A stretch of 64,000 nucleotides of DNA from Pavona decussata (Eukaryota), in NCBI GenBank assembly GCA_977016875.1, contig CDRNST010000436.1, positions 6,138,001 through 6,202,000 of the forward strand, in the 5' to 3' direction. The notes beneath the pieces are model-generated. The model was not told the origin of the DNA and did not search any database. It saw only the letters and a list, made by a program, of their open reading frames with translations. Below, in pieces: positions 1-14,410 of this stretch; the stretch's first letter is position 1, and each line of letters opens with the position of its first letter. The position numbers and the translations under genes are program-made.

Positions 1-3000
1 ATTTTAAACTAACCCTCAAAATCTCCCTCTTTCTCTCTTAGCAACATATCCTGAGCGCCTACCGTACACAGTTAGTTGAGTACGAACAATTGATAAGGCA
101 TGTAAGGAATTACGGCTCGAAAGTGAAACCTGATACAAAATAAGGAAGTTGAAAGAGCCAATCAACGCACTCTTATGTAAATTAAATATGTAATCCGTAG
201 ATTTAACCAGTTAGGCTCAATTTCACTGCCACATATTTGTCTTAGAATAAAGATAACAGCCCCCTCCTCCCCAACTAACTTTACCAGGTGGAAGGGAGGA
301 ATGGGGGGGGGGGGGGGGGGGGAAGGGGTTGGATGCACCCAAAGCTTGAAAAGCTTTCTTAATTTGAACAAAATATCTCCCGATATTCCATCCGCCAGTT
401 CCCTTCTCCTACTCTCTACTCCCCCCTCCCCCATTCTTAATGCAGACGAAAACGCACACACAAAACATCAGATCACAAAATCCGCAATGGCTATTTCAGA
501 CCGACTGTAGCCAAGGCAGAACCCAGCTCGAACTAGAATCGGTCTAGAAACTCTGAATTTGTCAAGACCACAGTACAGCGACAAGACGTTGAAATATGCC
601 GGATCTATTGCTGACTTGGATCAGTAAAATACTTGGGACAATAAGTTATAGACCGTAAGACTGATCCTTAACCCAGCAATAAAAAGGGCGGAAACAAGAA
701 AACATTGGATATATAACAAGAACTAGAAAGCTCTAGTCAGCAAGACATAGCCTATTCAGAACAAAACAGCTCAAGGCACATTGAACCTATCAGTTGGCCT
801 GTGCTCAGGTTAATAGATACATTATGTTCCTTTAACTGCAGCTAATACTGGCCAGGAGTACTGCTTTTGGTAAGCGCTGTTTGCTGGGATAGAAAATACT
901 GACGTGTGTCTAGTATAAGCCTTTATCGTCACTTTTACTTGGGACATACACAAACGGAAAAATATTGATTTTCGGCAGTAAAACAGCCTTCAAATATTCA
1001 AGTGTTCGGTCACGTGAACAGTATCGAAAAGGATCGAAACAGCCGATATGATATCGAGTATTTGGTATCGATATGGACCCACCCACACTAAGTGACCAGC
1101 ATCTTATTTCTCCTTACAATACCACTACTTAATCAAATATACAGGTTATGAGAATTAAGAAAATGATCACCAAAGATAATTACAAAATTGCGCCATCTAG
1201 CACCATGACAATAGTACGAGAATGGTGGAGAGAGCATGTATTTTAAAATTGGGTCTTTTCAAAGAGGTTTTAAATACGACTATCGACGGTCCATAAAATT
1301 TTAAATGAACTGATTGGCTGTATTGAAGGTTACGAAGGTAAGTTTAGACCTTATTAAAGAGAAAGCAAAATAAGAAGGCCACCTGGAACAGAATAAAAAG
1401 ATAGACTTCTTCTTTGTCGATTCACATAGTCTGTACAAATTGTAACAAATCCCAAGCTAAATTAATAATATAAAATAAAATTGTATTTCCAAAATAATGT
1501 AAATCTGATGATCTGATGAAATATTCTGCAGCACGTGACAAATAGGTATGAATTGATCTGGGGATTCCCCCACCCATGTGTCTTACATGGGTCTTACATC
1601 GCGTCAAAAAAATGTGCTCCGTCAGCAGATCAGAATGCTGAGTGGCAAAAGCAAGTTGAAAAGAGTTAGTTGTTCAATTTCTTTTCAAGGAATGGATGAA
1701 ACCTTTAAGGTGTTCGAGGTAAGGCATGGTATGAACTAAGTAGGGATTTAGAAGTAAGTATTGCCACATAACTGAGAGCACATTCCAACACAATGAGTAA
1801 GGGCTTAAGAATCTGTCGTTATATTTCTTCGTTTAAACGGTGAGATAAAGGTAGGTAGCGCAAGAAAGCCTGCTCTTTAACCGTGCAAGCTTTGCCCTGC
1901 TACAAACTCTACTATAATACCATTGATAGACAACATAATACGCTTTTACTTGAACTCTTTATATACGAATTGAATTTATTGGCCTGCTACCTTGCCCCCC
2001 TTCGAACCGCAACCAGTGAGTGTTATAGTCGACTAGACTTTTTCATCGCTTTGTAATAAGATCTACCAAAATCTGTTCTTCGATCTTCAGGAACTTACGA
2101 GTATTTTTCCGAAAATTAGCGCTATAAATCCCAACAATTTTGCCAGGGAAATAAGGTATGAAAAATGTGCTTTCGTGTCGCTTTTTACCGCACTCAAGCG
2201 TGACGCGTGCTGCTACTTGTGATGAATAAATTCTTAACTTGCCACAAAAGTCGCAAATTCAATATTAATACTAGTCGTTTCTTTCGCGACGTTGGTGTGA
2301 CAAAATGTATTTATTTCTCAATAGTCTCAAGCCAGTTATAAACGTCATTTTAATATGCAACGTGTCATTCCTACTATGCTAATGAACTTCATGTAAATTA
2401 TGCGAAAATTATAATGGCACCATCCTGCTCAATTCAGCTCGTGATAGAAACTGATTAAAACGGAAAGAAAAAGGAAAAAAAAGATAATATGATGTAGAAG
2501 TGAAGGAACCAGGAATGACCTTCATATATCATAAAATTACAGCCATTAATTAATTGAACAGCAATTAGTTAATTATTTGCACACCCAAGTCCTCCTACAT
2601 GGACGCTCTTTGGACTCGTCACGCATTCCTCCCATGCGTGGCAGAGGAATGCGTGACGAGTCCAAAACGCGTCTGCATAGGAGGCTTAAGCAACATAACG
2701 TTTTGGGTTTTCAATCTCACTCCCAGGGTCATTGTGAGATTCAAAATGGCAGGCGGCAAAGACTCCTTGTACATTCCATCAATCATGGAGTATTTTGTAA
2801 TGTGACACATCCAAATTTGATCTGGGAAAAGTGTATTGAAGACATTCAACCGTGTCATGTCACAATACATTGCATTCCACAGTTCATGGGGTATTTCGCA
2901 GCATGTACCAGGCATGTCCCTTCACATCATTTTGAATTTTGCAAGGACCGTGGGGAGCTTCCCCATATGCAGGGCTGTCAACCTCGCACGTTTTCAAATA

Positions 3001-4953
3001 TGGACAACAAGACTTCCCCGGCAAAGCGCCTTACAGACGCGTCACATTAAGGCCAAATTCACGGGTTCAGTGGGGGGGAGGGGGGGGGGGGGGCGGGGGC
3101 GGGACATACATTCATACATTACACAATACCAGAAACAACGCTAAACATTCAGATTTTCTTGTCAGAGAGTTGAGTCTACGACAAAATAGCAAACTTCTTT
3201 AATGATCCGGGAGATTACAGACATAAATCTGGAGACCAAAAGATACCGCTCAAAATCTGGAGATAACAGACATAAATCTGGAGACTGGGAGATACGGTTC
3301 GGGAGAGTTGACAGTCCTGCCATTTTAAAATGTATTGAATATTCCCCCCTCCCCCCCCCCCCCCCCCCCCCAGGGAAAAGCAGCCAAAGACAATTATAGC
3401 ATTTGTAACCTTGAATAAGGGATACCTTAAGCATATTATGCAGGTTCAATGTTAATTGAAACTTTGTGGCTGTCCCCTTGGTGGAGAGGGTGTTAAAGTC
3501 ACTGGAGGGTGATGTATGATGCAACCTTTGGTGTCCTTTCAAGCAATAACACTGTTTGATTTGAAACATCTAATGTTTATTTACAGATGAGTTTTTACAA
3601 TGTTCACTATAATTGTGTGAGAGCAACCAATATTTAATTTACAAGCAAGTACAACATTTGGCAAAAACAAATGAAGTAAAGACTATTTGTTTTAATCCAG
3701 TCTCTGTAATCTATGATTACCTATCTGGTGACTCCATAAAACGGAATGAATTTAACTTCTGACATGAGAAGCACTACATAGAAACTGAAAAAATATTGTA
3801 AAAGATGCTATTTTAATTTAATCTTTAGCTTAACTAAACTTTACCGTTAGGTTAAACAATTTTGAACTGCCAGTCGAATTTTACTCAGCTCTGGCAAAGT
3901 AAGCGCAGATTTTAAAATAGCTCTTGTTTGGGACATGTGTATAAAACTACAATTTACAGCTCTTTATCGTTTTGTCTAGCACTCGATTAAAAAAAACCCC
4001 GGGATTTTAGTAAGGCACGCAGACGACGTGTGACGGCGTCTGCCTTACATGTTCATAGCTACAAAAATCTTCATTTTTCAGACTTTATTGCTAGTTATAA
4101 CATTTATACATACATCTAAAGCACGGAATATGACGACTGCATTTCATATGCAAAGCAACTGGCAAAAGAAAAAAGGTGTACACATTCTGAATGTGACGGA
4201 ACTATATAATAGCCCCAAGAACTGATTTTTTTCGGTTATGAACTTCAAGTAGTGACTTCATAAAGAAATTAACACCTCTGCGGTGAAACTGAGATGTTAA
4301 AGTTCGTGGGAGCGAAGTTTAAAGGGAAAAAATAAGCTTAAGAGATAAAGGAACCCCGTGTTAAACTCGTGAAAACTACATAGCGGTTTCAAAAGGAAAC
4401 GGCACCACTGCTAGCATCTGTTTCTTGAAAATTATTGCGCTTTACATTTTACCCACGTCCGCGAAAGCTGGAAGCGTATCACGAACAAACGCACGCGTCT
4501 AACTCGGAAGCTGTGGCACAGGCTAAAAGAGGAAGTATCGCTTGCGACAATACCTTCATTTAGTTGCAAAATAATTTTAGAAAATCAAGAAAAAGAAATC
4601 AACTGAATTCTTGAAAGGAACAACTCATGACCTGCTCTTGTGCTTTTTGGAAACGAATACGCAAGAACATCTAAAATGTTAGCCTACCCTTTTTTTAAAG
4701 TTGCAGTCCATTCTAGCCCAGTACAACTGAAGCCAGACACACTCCTCGATAGTCTTAGTACACTGGGGTGATAATTTACAACAAAAGAGGATGAAGGGGT
4801 ATACCCTCTTGTTTACCAAAAAAAAAAAAGAACAATACGCTTAGGTTTCGGTTGGTAAAAGAAAAAAAATGTTTCGAGTTATTGATATAACACCAAATTC
4901 ATGTGATGACGTGACACTTCCCCTTTAAAAGAAAACCATCCATTCGCTTGGTT

Positions 4954-7822
4954 TTACTGGGGATTCGGACCAGGGGTGGTTGATTCAGTGGTGTGCGCTG
5001 CCACAGGGCAGATGAGGAAGACGCCAAAATAGCTGGTGTCCCTGTGCATATAGTAGGACTTTGTGAACGGAATCCGCACGGATATTTTGTCACCTTTTCT
5101 GAGCAAGAACACAGCTCCTTGGTAATTTGTGTTGTATTTCTTCGTCTCGTTAACCACACTGCTGATACTGCGCATGACCGGGTCCTCATTGATGTACGTG
5201 TAGTGTCCCATGAAAAGCGTGTCCCCTGCGTAATAGAACAGTTGGCTGTATACGAAGTAGTAACCCGTTGTACCAATCACCAGGAAACTGTTGCTTACGA
5301 ACTTGATACTTCCGGTTATGTGGCCAAGCCTCCAGTTGGTGATGCGGTGAACTGTGGGAGAAAGAAACAGGTCAAAACCTATTAACGTTTCCATTAAATT
5401 TCACTTGAGGAACATTGAAAAGTGAATAACACCACAGGAAAGTACTTCGATTCGCGAATCGATTGGCTCTGAAGCAGGGCTAACGCTCATTCGAATCTCT
5501 TTACGGTGGCTTTTGTTTACAGTATGTCATTATATCGTTTACATGTCGCAAGTGTGTCAGGAAGATGTTTCTTTTTTCTCAATTGGAAGCAAGAAAAAAT
5601 GACAAAGGAATCAACAAAGCCGACAATCTTGAACACTGCTTCTAAGCTTAACTGAATTTTTACATGTGGCATCTCCTGTCAGAGGACATTGTTCACGAGA
5701 GGCATGCAGTCACCAGAGGTTCCACTTTATGGGGCCAAGGTGAGGCCAGACCAAACGATCACGTGGTTTATATGCGATGACACAATGAAGTTCTCCCTTA
5801 TTATTTGCACGGATTTCATACCAGGGACCCTCTCCATTTAGCAAAATTCGGCGGTTAAACTGATTGAATTGCAAATGGCGGGCGCGGATCAAACGGAAAT
5901 TTTCCGGAACAAATGGAATAACTTTGAAAGTACTTCACTTTTCCTGTTCCAGCCGGTTGGAACAGAAATTACCGTTCCATTTGCGGAAAATCTCCATATC
6001 TACTTTGTTATCCTCTTGCGTCTACCTTTGAGATTCCAAGTTTAAAACGAATGGATAAAGCCTTGCCATTCGACAGTTAGAGTTTACCGAATTTCCAACC
6101 GAAAACTTTGGCTAAATGGAAAGGGCTTCAGAGGTCATTGCTTTGCACGTGGTTCATTGTCTACGTTTAGAAAATTGCATTAACTCACAGCCTTGGTCGT
6201 TGTTAAAAGAAATCTAAAAGAGGCCTCAAAAAAGTCGAAAACTTGTCGAACAAAACTGCTTTGTTATTTAAGTTCTTAAGGCCAAAAAAATTGAACGTCA
6301 TAAAATAACATAAAAAATAAACCAAGAAAAACAACACTAACATTTTGTTCTACCTGTGGGAATGATGTGTTCGCCAACCCCAAAAATATGAGCCGAATCT
6401 GTGAACTGAAATGCAATAAAAGAATATTGACCAGGTATTAGACATCAATAGTCCCCTATCACATAGTACACTGGCTGAAGTCTAGTTTCAGTCTTGGAAA
6501 AATAAACGGCAAAGATAATATTACTTACGCCAATCATAGTGCCTGGTATACCTGTGAAAAGAACAAATTAGAAGTTTACAGCGGTTTTCAAAAGAGTGTA
6601 GTTTCTACTCGAAGATATAAGCTTTCAACTACTCTCCAATTGGAGTGAAAATAAAGTTTCAAGCAATCAATCTAACTTAAAAATGACAACAAACGCTGAC
6701 AAGGCAATGAATCCATCGGAATTTGAACCAAAAACAAGTAAAGGACATCAACCGCGGTAAACAAGAGTGTGAGCAAGTTACGATTGGTTTTAGTTTTACT
6801 GGTTATTGACTGGGGAAGTGGCGCAAGATCTTTTTCCCTCTTTTCAGCAATCACAGAATGAAGCAATACCTATTGAAAGTCAAACTCGAAATATTTCACA
6901 CTATGGCTCTCTTCGCTTATACTAGAGCAAAGACTTCAAAAAGAAAAAAAGTAGCACTTATCCTTGCCGGTTACAATGGTTTTGATTTTTCAACTCAAAT
7001 TGTTTCCCTTAATTTATTGAACTCATGCGTCAGAATTCGCTTTCCTGTGCATAATGGTTAATGTTTGGTGATAGATGATCTAGACGTTTAAATAAGACTG
7101 ATGTTTGTTTTGTTTCAGATGCACTACCTTGGGGTCCACGCCTTCCTTGCTCACCTGAAAGAGAGGCAGCGGAAGTCTTAGTAACAGGTAAGTTTCATAA
7201 AGCCAGGAAAATAAGTTTCAGTGATCACGTAAAAATCCCTCCCCCACCCATCCCTTCCTCTTTCAGTCTCCACACGCCTAACTATAAAAAAGACTATTAG
7301 TGATTCACCGACACGGCACAAAAACGTATTATCTTTGAGCCCTCAAAGTAAAAGTGGACCTTGACGACATAAAGCTATTCTCTCCACTACCTAGTTATTT
7401 CTTTTGGTTTCAAAAAAAAAAGGACTTACTGCATTATATTTTGGGTGCGTATTTTATGTATGATTTACGTTACACCATCACGACAATAGAAGCGGATTGT
7501 TATACCCTTTTCGCCCCTGTCTCCTTTCTCTCCATCTTTTCCATTTTTTCCTGCATCTCCTCTGTCACCTTTAGCACCTGAGACGAGAGACGATAAAGTC
7601 AAACTGATAATAAGGAATGTTCGGTTTATCAACAGAATTGACAACCAAAGATAAATTGGCCACTGTAAAGAGATACGAGTGCTGACGTTTCAAACGTTAG
7701 CCTTTCGTCGATGGATTCCCTCTCACGAAACGTCAGCACTCGAATCTCTTTACGGCGGCCAATTTACCTTTAGTTATCAACTCTGTTGATAAACCGGCTA
7801 AAATTTATTTCTACTCTCCAAA

Positions 7823-7853
<31 letters not shown>

Positions 7854-10800
7854 ACCCCCTTATCGAACTAATAGGCTTTTGACAGTTTTACAAAGTTTGC
7901 CGTGTTCCATGTATTCGAAGCGCTACCCGCACGTAGCAAAAAAAAGCTTTGGTAAATAAGTTCTAACGTAGGCCTAACGCTTGAAACGTCATCTTTTGCA
8001 TCCCTGTACGGTGTTTAATTTACCTTCAAACTCCTCTGCTGTGTTTTGTGATAGTTTCACAATTTATAGACTATGAAATCCGACGGTAATTAGCAACCAG
8101 CCGCGATCTCAGTGACTTTTCCTTTTTTTAATTTGAGGGGGCTGGCAAAGTACCCTGGGATCGGCGGCCGGTTCACCGTTTCATTTTCTTTTCCTTTCCT
8201 ATTCAACTCATGAAAAAACAACAGAAACAACAACAACAACAGAAAGACCCTGGGATCGAGGTTGATCGTCATCAACAACACGAGATTTTGGTGGGTCCTA
8301 GAGTTCAGTCATGCGTTTTATTAATTCTCTTTTTGTCTTCGTATGGTCAATTCTAATATAATCCGCAACTGGTCCCACCGTAGTCCCTTAGAGCCTAGCC
8401 CTATTTACGAATCGTGGAAGTCGGCACATTTTCACGAATCATTTGGCTGTGAACGGAAGCATTTCTGTGTACGAATCACGCGATACCTTTGCCTTTAAGC
8501 TCAACGTATTCTACAAGGAACCGTGTTTTACGATCTCACCTGGTCGTCCTCTTCGTCCTCTTGGTCCTACATAAAGACAAGGCATCAGTTAACCATTTCA
8601 GACTCCTTTGGTAATGCTACAGGATCATCACATAAAGCAGTTTTCAATCGAGTGTCGTAAAACCAAAACAGAAGTAATTACTTTACTCAGTCACAACAGC
8701 GCAAGAACAAATCAAAATTTAAAGCAAACTGAAATAAGCAAATGGTGTCATACGCAGGAAAAAGTGTGCAAGCGAATCACGATTGCTTTCAGTTTGTTTT
8801 GCTTCTCCGGCAATGGTTGAGAAGGTAGCAAAAATTTCACTAATCAAATACAAATTTTGGTAAAGTAAAACCAAAGTAAATTCGAATTGCTATCGTTATT
8901 AAATTGAAAACTACTGTAGATAACGTTGATAATTATACTGAACAAGCCAATCACTTCAGTACAATGCCCAAGCTCCTCTCTTACACGAAATCGTGTGAGG
9001 CTGCTGAGGTCGCGTTGCCCACGAATTTCAGGGACACCCAATGGTCGGCTTCGGTTAATCTCTTTTCGGAAGGTGGACGTGCAGAGAAGATTTCCGGAAC
9101 ACATAGAGGGCGTTAATTCGAGACTTAACAGTAATGAAAACAACAACAACAAAGTTTTTGTGTCTTCTATAAAAGAACAAACAAAACAAAATAAAGGAAA
9201 AAAGCATTCAGTGTTACCTTTTTGCCCTGGTTCTCCTTTGGGACCTGTATTGGAAAAGCTGTATAACTATTAAATCACTTAGAACCAAAGCAGTTTAAAA
9301 ATCTTCAGTTATTCTTATGGCGAAATTAGATATTCTAAAGAGTTGTTTGCCATCTTTCTTATAAATTATTGATGCTATGCTTTTCAAGCGGCGTCAAAAC
9401 AGTGAAAGTTTCCACGAAGATGAAGAAAAAAAAATCAATATTTTGTTCTGTGAATGACGAAATTTTCGTCCAGAAATATAAATTAAATCCGGCGTCTAAA
9501 AATGGCGGGAAAACAGCGCTGCACGGCTCGCCAACGTTGCCATCAACGGTTGTTCTGTCTTTTGATTGGTAGCCTGCGTAGCAAGCGTTTCAAGGGGGGG
9601 GGGGGGGGTTGCGTTTTTCTCTCTTTGATCGCGCGGATAGCTCTCGTCCCAATTTCCGCGCGTTCAAACAGCGAAAACCGCACAAAACCCTTGGCTCCAA
9701 AGTGTTTGCGTGACTGTATGGCGTGACTTTACCCACGAAAATACAGTTGCAAACTGATTGATGACAATCATTGAATGTTGGCACCCTGTTCTAAACCGCA
9801 GACAAAAGTGCTTCCGCTAAAGACAAATGGTGTTAATTTTCCGAACAAAGTCAAGGCTGCTAAAAATAATTTAGAAAACGTTTCTAACAACTGTATAGTC
9901 TAGATACAGTTCATTTGATTTGTATGACAAGGAAGTTATGCATTCTATTTAGCTTTTTAAGGTAAACACACACGCATTACATTGTTGTGAGTGGTAATAT
10001 TTGATATATTATATGATGTGATATTCCGAGGTCAATATACACACGTGCCCAGAGCATGCTTCGGACAAAACAATATTTTTAATGCGGATTGTATTACAGG
10101 TAGAGCATTTGTTGCTGTTCAAACATTGGGGCGATATATATAGCTTGAAAAATAATCTTCAAAACCTCAACAAAAGCCACACACTCCATGTGGCGTGACT
10201 ATTCCCGAACTATCATAATTGCATATAAACGATTAAACTTCTGATGAGATCTTGAGGAACTTAAAACCCGCGACCTTCGAGCCTTCTCCTTTGACGTCCC
10301 TTTATTGAAAAAAATTCGAGTCGAACATTTCTCTCAACGCTTGTTTGTATTATATGCTTCTTATCACGCTGTCAAGATCGAGGGGAGGACTTCCCAGAAA
10401 AATATGGATTTGCGCCAATTATGCAACCATTATCAAATTTAAAACCCATTGAACAATGAAATACAGTCGTAAATTTTTTTCTCACTTTGGAATATGAATT
10501 ACGTTTTGACATTCGAGTATAGGCGAAAATTTAACTGAATTGTGCATCAAATCAAGTTTGCAGTATGTGATTTATTCGCACTAGTCAGGTATAAAAGCTT
10601 CTCCATTGTACAACGTTTCCCCGAAGAAAGAAGACTTGGATCGTGCACTAAATGTGTCAAGTTTGACAAAAATCCCGAGACCGATTCCACAGTCACCACA
10701 CCCTCCCCTCCCCCAGTTCAGTCGTATCTCCCAATCCCAACAAAAATTTCTGTACCTGTAGTACAGACCTCGAGGTATGCACACGTACATCAGATGATTT

Positions 10801-11427
10801 ATATGACTGATTTGTATACCTCTCCTGCACCGACATTGCTGACTAGTAGGGTTTCTTGACCTCGCTTCTCTTCTTATCCTGACACGTAAATCGTCCTAAA
10901 CAAAGACAAACACGGAAATAACTGTACTTCACACAGATAAATATCAGTTATGGTTGTTCAATGGCCTAATGTGCGAACTCTTCAAAAGATTAGCATATGT
11001 GGATGTCCCCTGACGGCAATAGAGGTCATAAGAAGTCTACTGCGCTATTGTCTGAAACGCACCTCTCGTTATGCCCAAAATGACTCAGGGAATGCTTTAT
11101 CACCGCAATACTAGACGCGTCAAGGCTTTAAAATATTGCATCGATTAACAACAGCTAAACAGGCCAAACCTCCATTTTAAAATACTTCAGATCTGCCTTG
11201 TTGGTGTCATCGTTCGATATTTTGTCTCCCACAGTTCGGCGTTGAAGCTGCTCTGTGACGGATTCTAAAGAAGCGATCTTTTGCTGCTGGTCACCAACGC
11301 GCGATTTTAGGACTACAATCTCGTGCAAACAAAACAAAAATGCCGGGAATAAAGTCACTAACGTCGCAACGAGAATGATTAATGTCCACCAGGGCAAAAC
11401 GACGACATGTTTTTGAGCTTTATGCAT
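4954..11427 (-). CDS. Collagen-containing TNF-superfamily ligand (EDA-like), cluster gene 1, about 319 aa, 9 exons
   Basis: Exons, all GT-AG and phase-compatible, total 960 nt: 11170-11427 (TM WWTLIILVATLVTLFPAFLFCL), 10820-10895 (furin RIRR, CRC), 9218-9244, 8540-8566, 7506-7577, 7128-7154, 6529-6551 (Gly-X-Y), 6354-6405 (FTDSAHIFG, THD strand A), 4954-5351 (THD: W..GYYFVYSQL..YQGAVFLLRKGDKISV..SYFGVFLI). Confidence 0.88.
5823..6129. mobile_element. MITE with imperfect TIRs (possibly Harbinger-like)
   Basis: Ends ..tctccatttagc and gctaaatggaaa.. are inverted. Confidence 0.5.
7622..7796. repeat. Palindromic repeat, probably Penelope-derived
   Basis: Arms cggtttatcaacaga..gctgacgtttc and gaaacgtcagc..tctgttgataaaccg are inverted. 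Degenerate relatives lie near 5465-5515 and 7960-8020. Confidence 0.6.
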
Positions 11428-11454
11428 TTTGGTCGGCTCTAAGGTGTTACAGAT

Positions 11455-11463
11455 TTCTCAGAA
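11455..11463. promoter_or_regulatory. GAS (STAT) palindrome near gene 1 start
   Basis: TTCTCAGAA inside the palindromic context gatTTCTCAGAAatc, 28 bp upstream of the ATG. Confidence 0.55.
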
Positions 11464-12104
11464 ATCACCATTGTCGTCACTATAGGCTAGATCTCTAGGG
11501 AGATTGGATTTTTTACTGAGAATACTTAGTCACGTGACCGAGATTCCAATCCACCCATTGTTTTAGACTCGACTTGCCCAGCATTCGTTACCATTCCCTA
11601 GGTAAGGCCCTAGTTAGCGCGTCTTTGAGTGAACTGCCAGTTTCGTTTCAACGAGGGCATACAGTATTATAATCCGTTATAAAACCCCTATTGTGTTACA
11701 CAATTTAAAACCTTTTATCTGTTAACTACAAGCACGAGCGTTTGATGGATTGCACTGTCCGCCTTTTGGCTGCTTAAATAAGACACCACTACTTCTTCCC
11801 TTGATAGAGAGAAACAGCGTAGCTCAGAGTGCAAAGTTGTCTGTAGTACGCGCAAATCATCACCATCATCACCTTCCATATTCTCCCAGTGGAGAGTTGG
11901 ACTGGCTTGGTCTCTCCTTCGAGGCCCTTCTCACTATCGCCATTGCTCGTTAGTTTCCATAACCAAATTGATTTTACGGGGTGGGGCGATTAGCCCCATA
12001 TCCAACCCCCAATCAGAAAGACCTGGGTTTGTCTATGGTAGTTTTCCTTCCCTTAAAAAACAGTTTCAGTTATTAAAAGGTACCGTTCTCTCAACTTTCT
12101 CCAT

Positions 12105-12378
12105 TAGGGACCTTAAGCAGTGACGAAAACGACATCAACGAGAACGTCAGAAAACAATAGTTTTAATTAGCAAAACACTGGCTCTGCACGTGCGTTATAC
12201 ACTTTGATACATTTCTTTGCCGTCATCTGCAAAACAACAAGTCAGCTCCTCGATAGTTCGGCTACATTGCACAAACTGAGAGAGTATAAATCATTGCGAA
12301 TTTATTCAGAAGACGCGAAGGTAATTTTTTACGTTTCGTTTTCGTCGGCGTCGTCGTCGTCTCTGCTTAAGGTCTCTA
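12105..12378. mobile_element. MITE
   Basis: TIRs tagggaccttaagcagtgacga and tcgtctctgcttaaggtctcta. Confidence 0.7.
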
Positions 12379-14220
12379 TTGTCGCTTAGCCGCCGCAAAA
12401 ATCATTATACACTACGATAACAAGGACGTGCGACACGTGACTTTCGCTGGTAGAACCTGTGTTATGCGGGAGGGCATTTCCTAGAATTGATGGGGGAAGC
12501 ATTGGTGACACTTGCCAAAGGCTCATAGGAACCCAATACTAGCGCTTAGCTCCGCGCAAATAACCAAAAAAAAAGGTTGCATTAAACGGACAGTGGCAAC
12601 TACAACTCTCCCAGGTGAAAACCTGACGTGTTTCAGGCGGTCCGTTTGTTTTTTTTATTTTTTATTTTTTTTTTTATTTCATTTTCTTCACCACGACATA
12701 CATTCATAGAAAGTTACAGTGAATAATACACTAAGATCTTAGATAAGTTTACAGTGAATAATAATAGTAAAAGAAGAAGTAAGAAGTGGCGAGGAGACCT
12801 CAAGAAACCCCCGGGCTTATACTGAGAGGTCTCCTCGTAGATGTGTTAGGACTGTAAGACTAGTAAAGACATTGTATTTAGATTTTTTAACATACGGTGG
12901 TAAGACTATAAAGACATAACAGAGTCCGACGTCCCATTGTTTCGCGCAAGGAGGAGATAAATTGTTAAGTGGTAGTTGAAAGGACAAACCCAGGTAGCTC
13001 TTTGTTCTTTTCAGCTTCAACACCTACGCAAACCTCTCCAGAAACACGCATTCCCCTTACACAATGTTGCCGCGTGAACCTGATTTTTTCGCCCTGAATC
13101 ATTTCTTACACTATCATTTGCTGGGAGAGAAGGGGAGAAGGAGGTGGGGCTAAAAGAGCCTGGTATGAACTTATTTTAAATTATAATGTGTAACTGGATA
13201 AGAAATTAAATGTGCAATTTGCGCGTGCTTTTGGTCAGGGTCTCGTTGACTTTTTACCACGTCTGTAGTAATCAATCTGCAGACATGTTGTTTATCGGAT
13301 AGTCCACTAGCAACCAAAGGTCTATAAACTATATGAAATCTAAGGGCGAAGCTAAACTAAGAACTAGGAACTTTCGTAGACAACTGACCTCGCGTTGGTT
13401 GAATATTCCACTTCTTGCTGCTACCCCGTGTTGACAAGAGCCAACCAGCTCGAAATAACTGTTTACGGCACTTGCATTTTTGACTCTTGGTTTGGTCTCT
13501 ATTTATCGCTGTCGTGTTTAGCTTTACGCAGTATCCGCCTTGTAGTTATTTCACGCTTACTTACTAGTTTGTCTGCACGAGAGACTTGGGTTGACGAAGG
13601 AAATTTTGCAAAATATTGTTGCTTCCTGAACACAAATTTGTCTCTGACTGAATGTTTCACAGGTTAGACACATCAAAAGAAGCAATCTTTGCCAAATAAT
13701 GTTTCCAGTTAGCCAGGCCCTTTGTTTAAAACAAATAATGAATTTTTTTTCATGATTTTTTTTTCTTCACAGAGTGGGTTGCCTGTTACACTGAGTATCT
13801 CCATGGCGACAAAGCAACGTAGACTCGTGTGCTTTTTTCTCATCGGGCAAAGAGCATTCGAACTTTCTTGGTAAGTTAACGTGAAATTAAAAAAAATGTC
13901 TTCTTCCTCATTAAGTTATTGGCTCATCAAGTCCGTACTTATCTCTGACCGTCATAGGGTGAAGCGAGGATAGCTCTTCTCCCTCATCTGCTTTGAATTA
14001 AAGTGGTCTTTCAAGGGGTACACATCAGTATGCTGATAGTCTTTCCTGAATAACGTATTCTGGAGTCCTTAAAAAAAACATGTTGCTCCGATGTGCATTA
14101 GACAAACGTTTTTTTTAAACGAACATTTAGTTAACATCTAGTTAATTTTCACATAATTAGTAATTAATTCGTTCAGTTTCTTAATACCCTTGTTTTTTAA
14201 TATAAGTATAACAAACATCC

Positions 14221-14410
14221 TCCACTGGTATATTACGAAGTGGAACTTACAATATGTCAAGCTCCCAGTTAGGTTTCATAGCTCAGTTAGTAGACCACTA
14301 CACCGGCATCGTACAGGTCATGTGTTCGAATCCAGTTCAAACCTGAATTTTTTTCAGGCTTTCTTTCCGCAACTGCTTAAGTTGCGTACTAACTGCGAGG
14401 ATCTTTCTTC
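14221..14410 (+). repeat. tRNA-derived SINE-like repeat
   Basis: A box TAGCTCAGTTAG (14279-14290) and B box GTTCGAATCC (14324-14333), followed by the hairpin cctgaatttttttcagg. It does not form a complete cloverleaf. Confidence 0.6.

Noticed and set aside
303-321. Long G/C homopolymers (also near 3071, 3351, 9594, 21566, 29222, 33444)
   Set aside because: Common simple repeats. The poly-Gly and poly-Pro ORFs they create are artefacts.
2577-3050. 157-aa plus-strand ORF and overlapping ORFs
   Set aside because: Non-ATG start, no recognisable motif and no supporting exon chain.
4993-5385. Plus-strand ORFs overlapping THD exons (also 16179, 18010, 23939, 24877, 36218, 43564)
   Set aside because: Antisense shadows of the real minus-strand coding exons.
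14270-14345. tRNA gene
   Set aside because: A and B boxes are present but the stems pair poorly. It is embedded in a SINE-like repeat.
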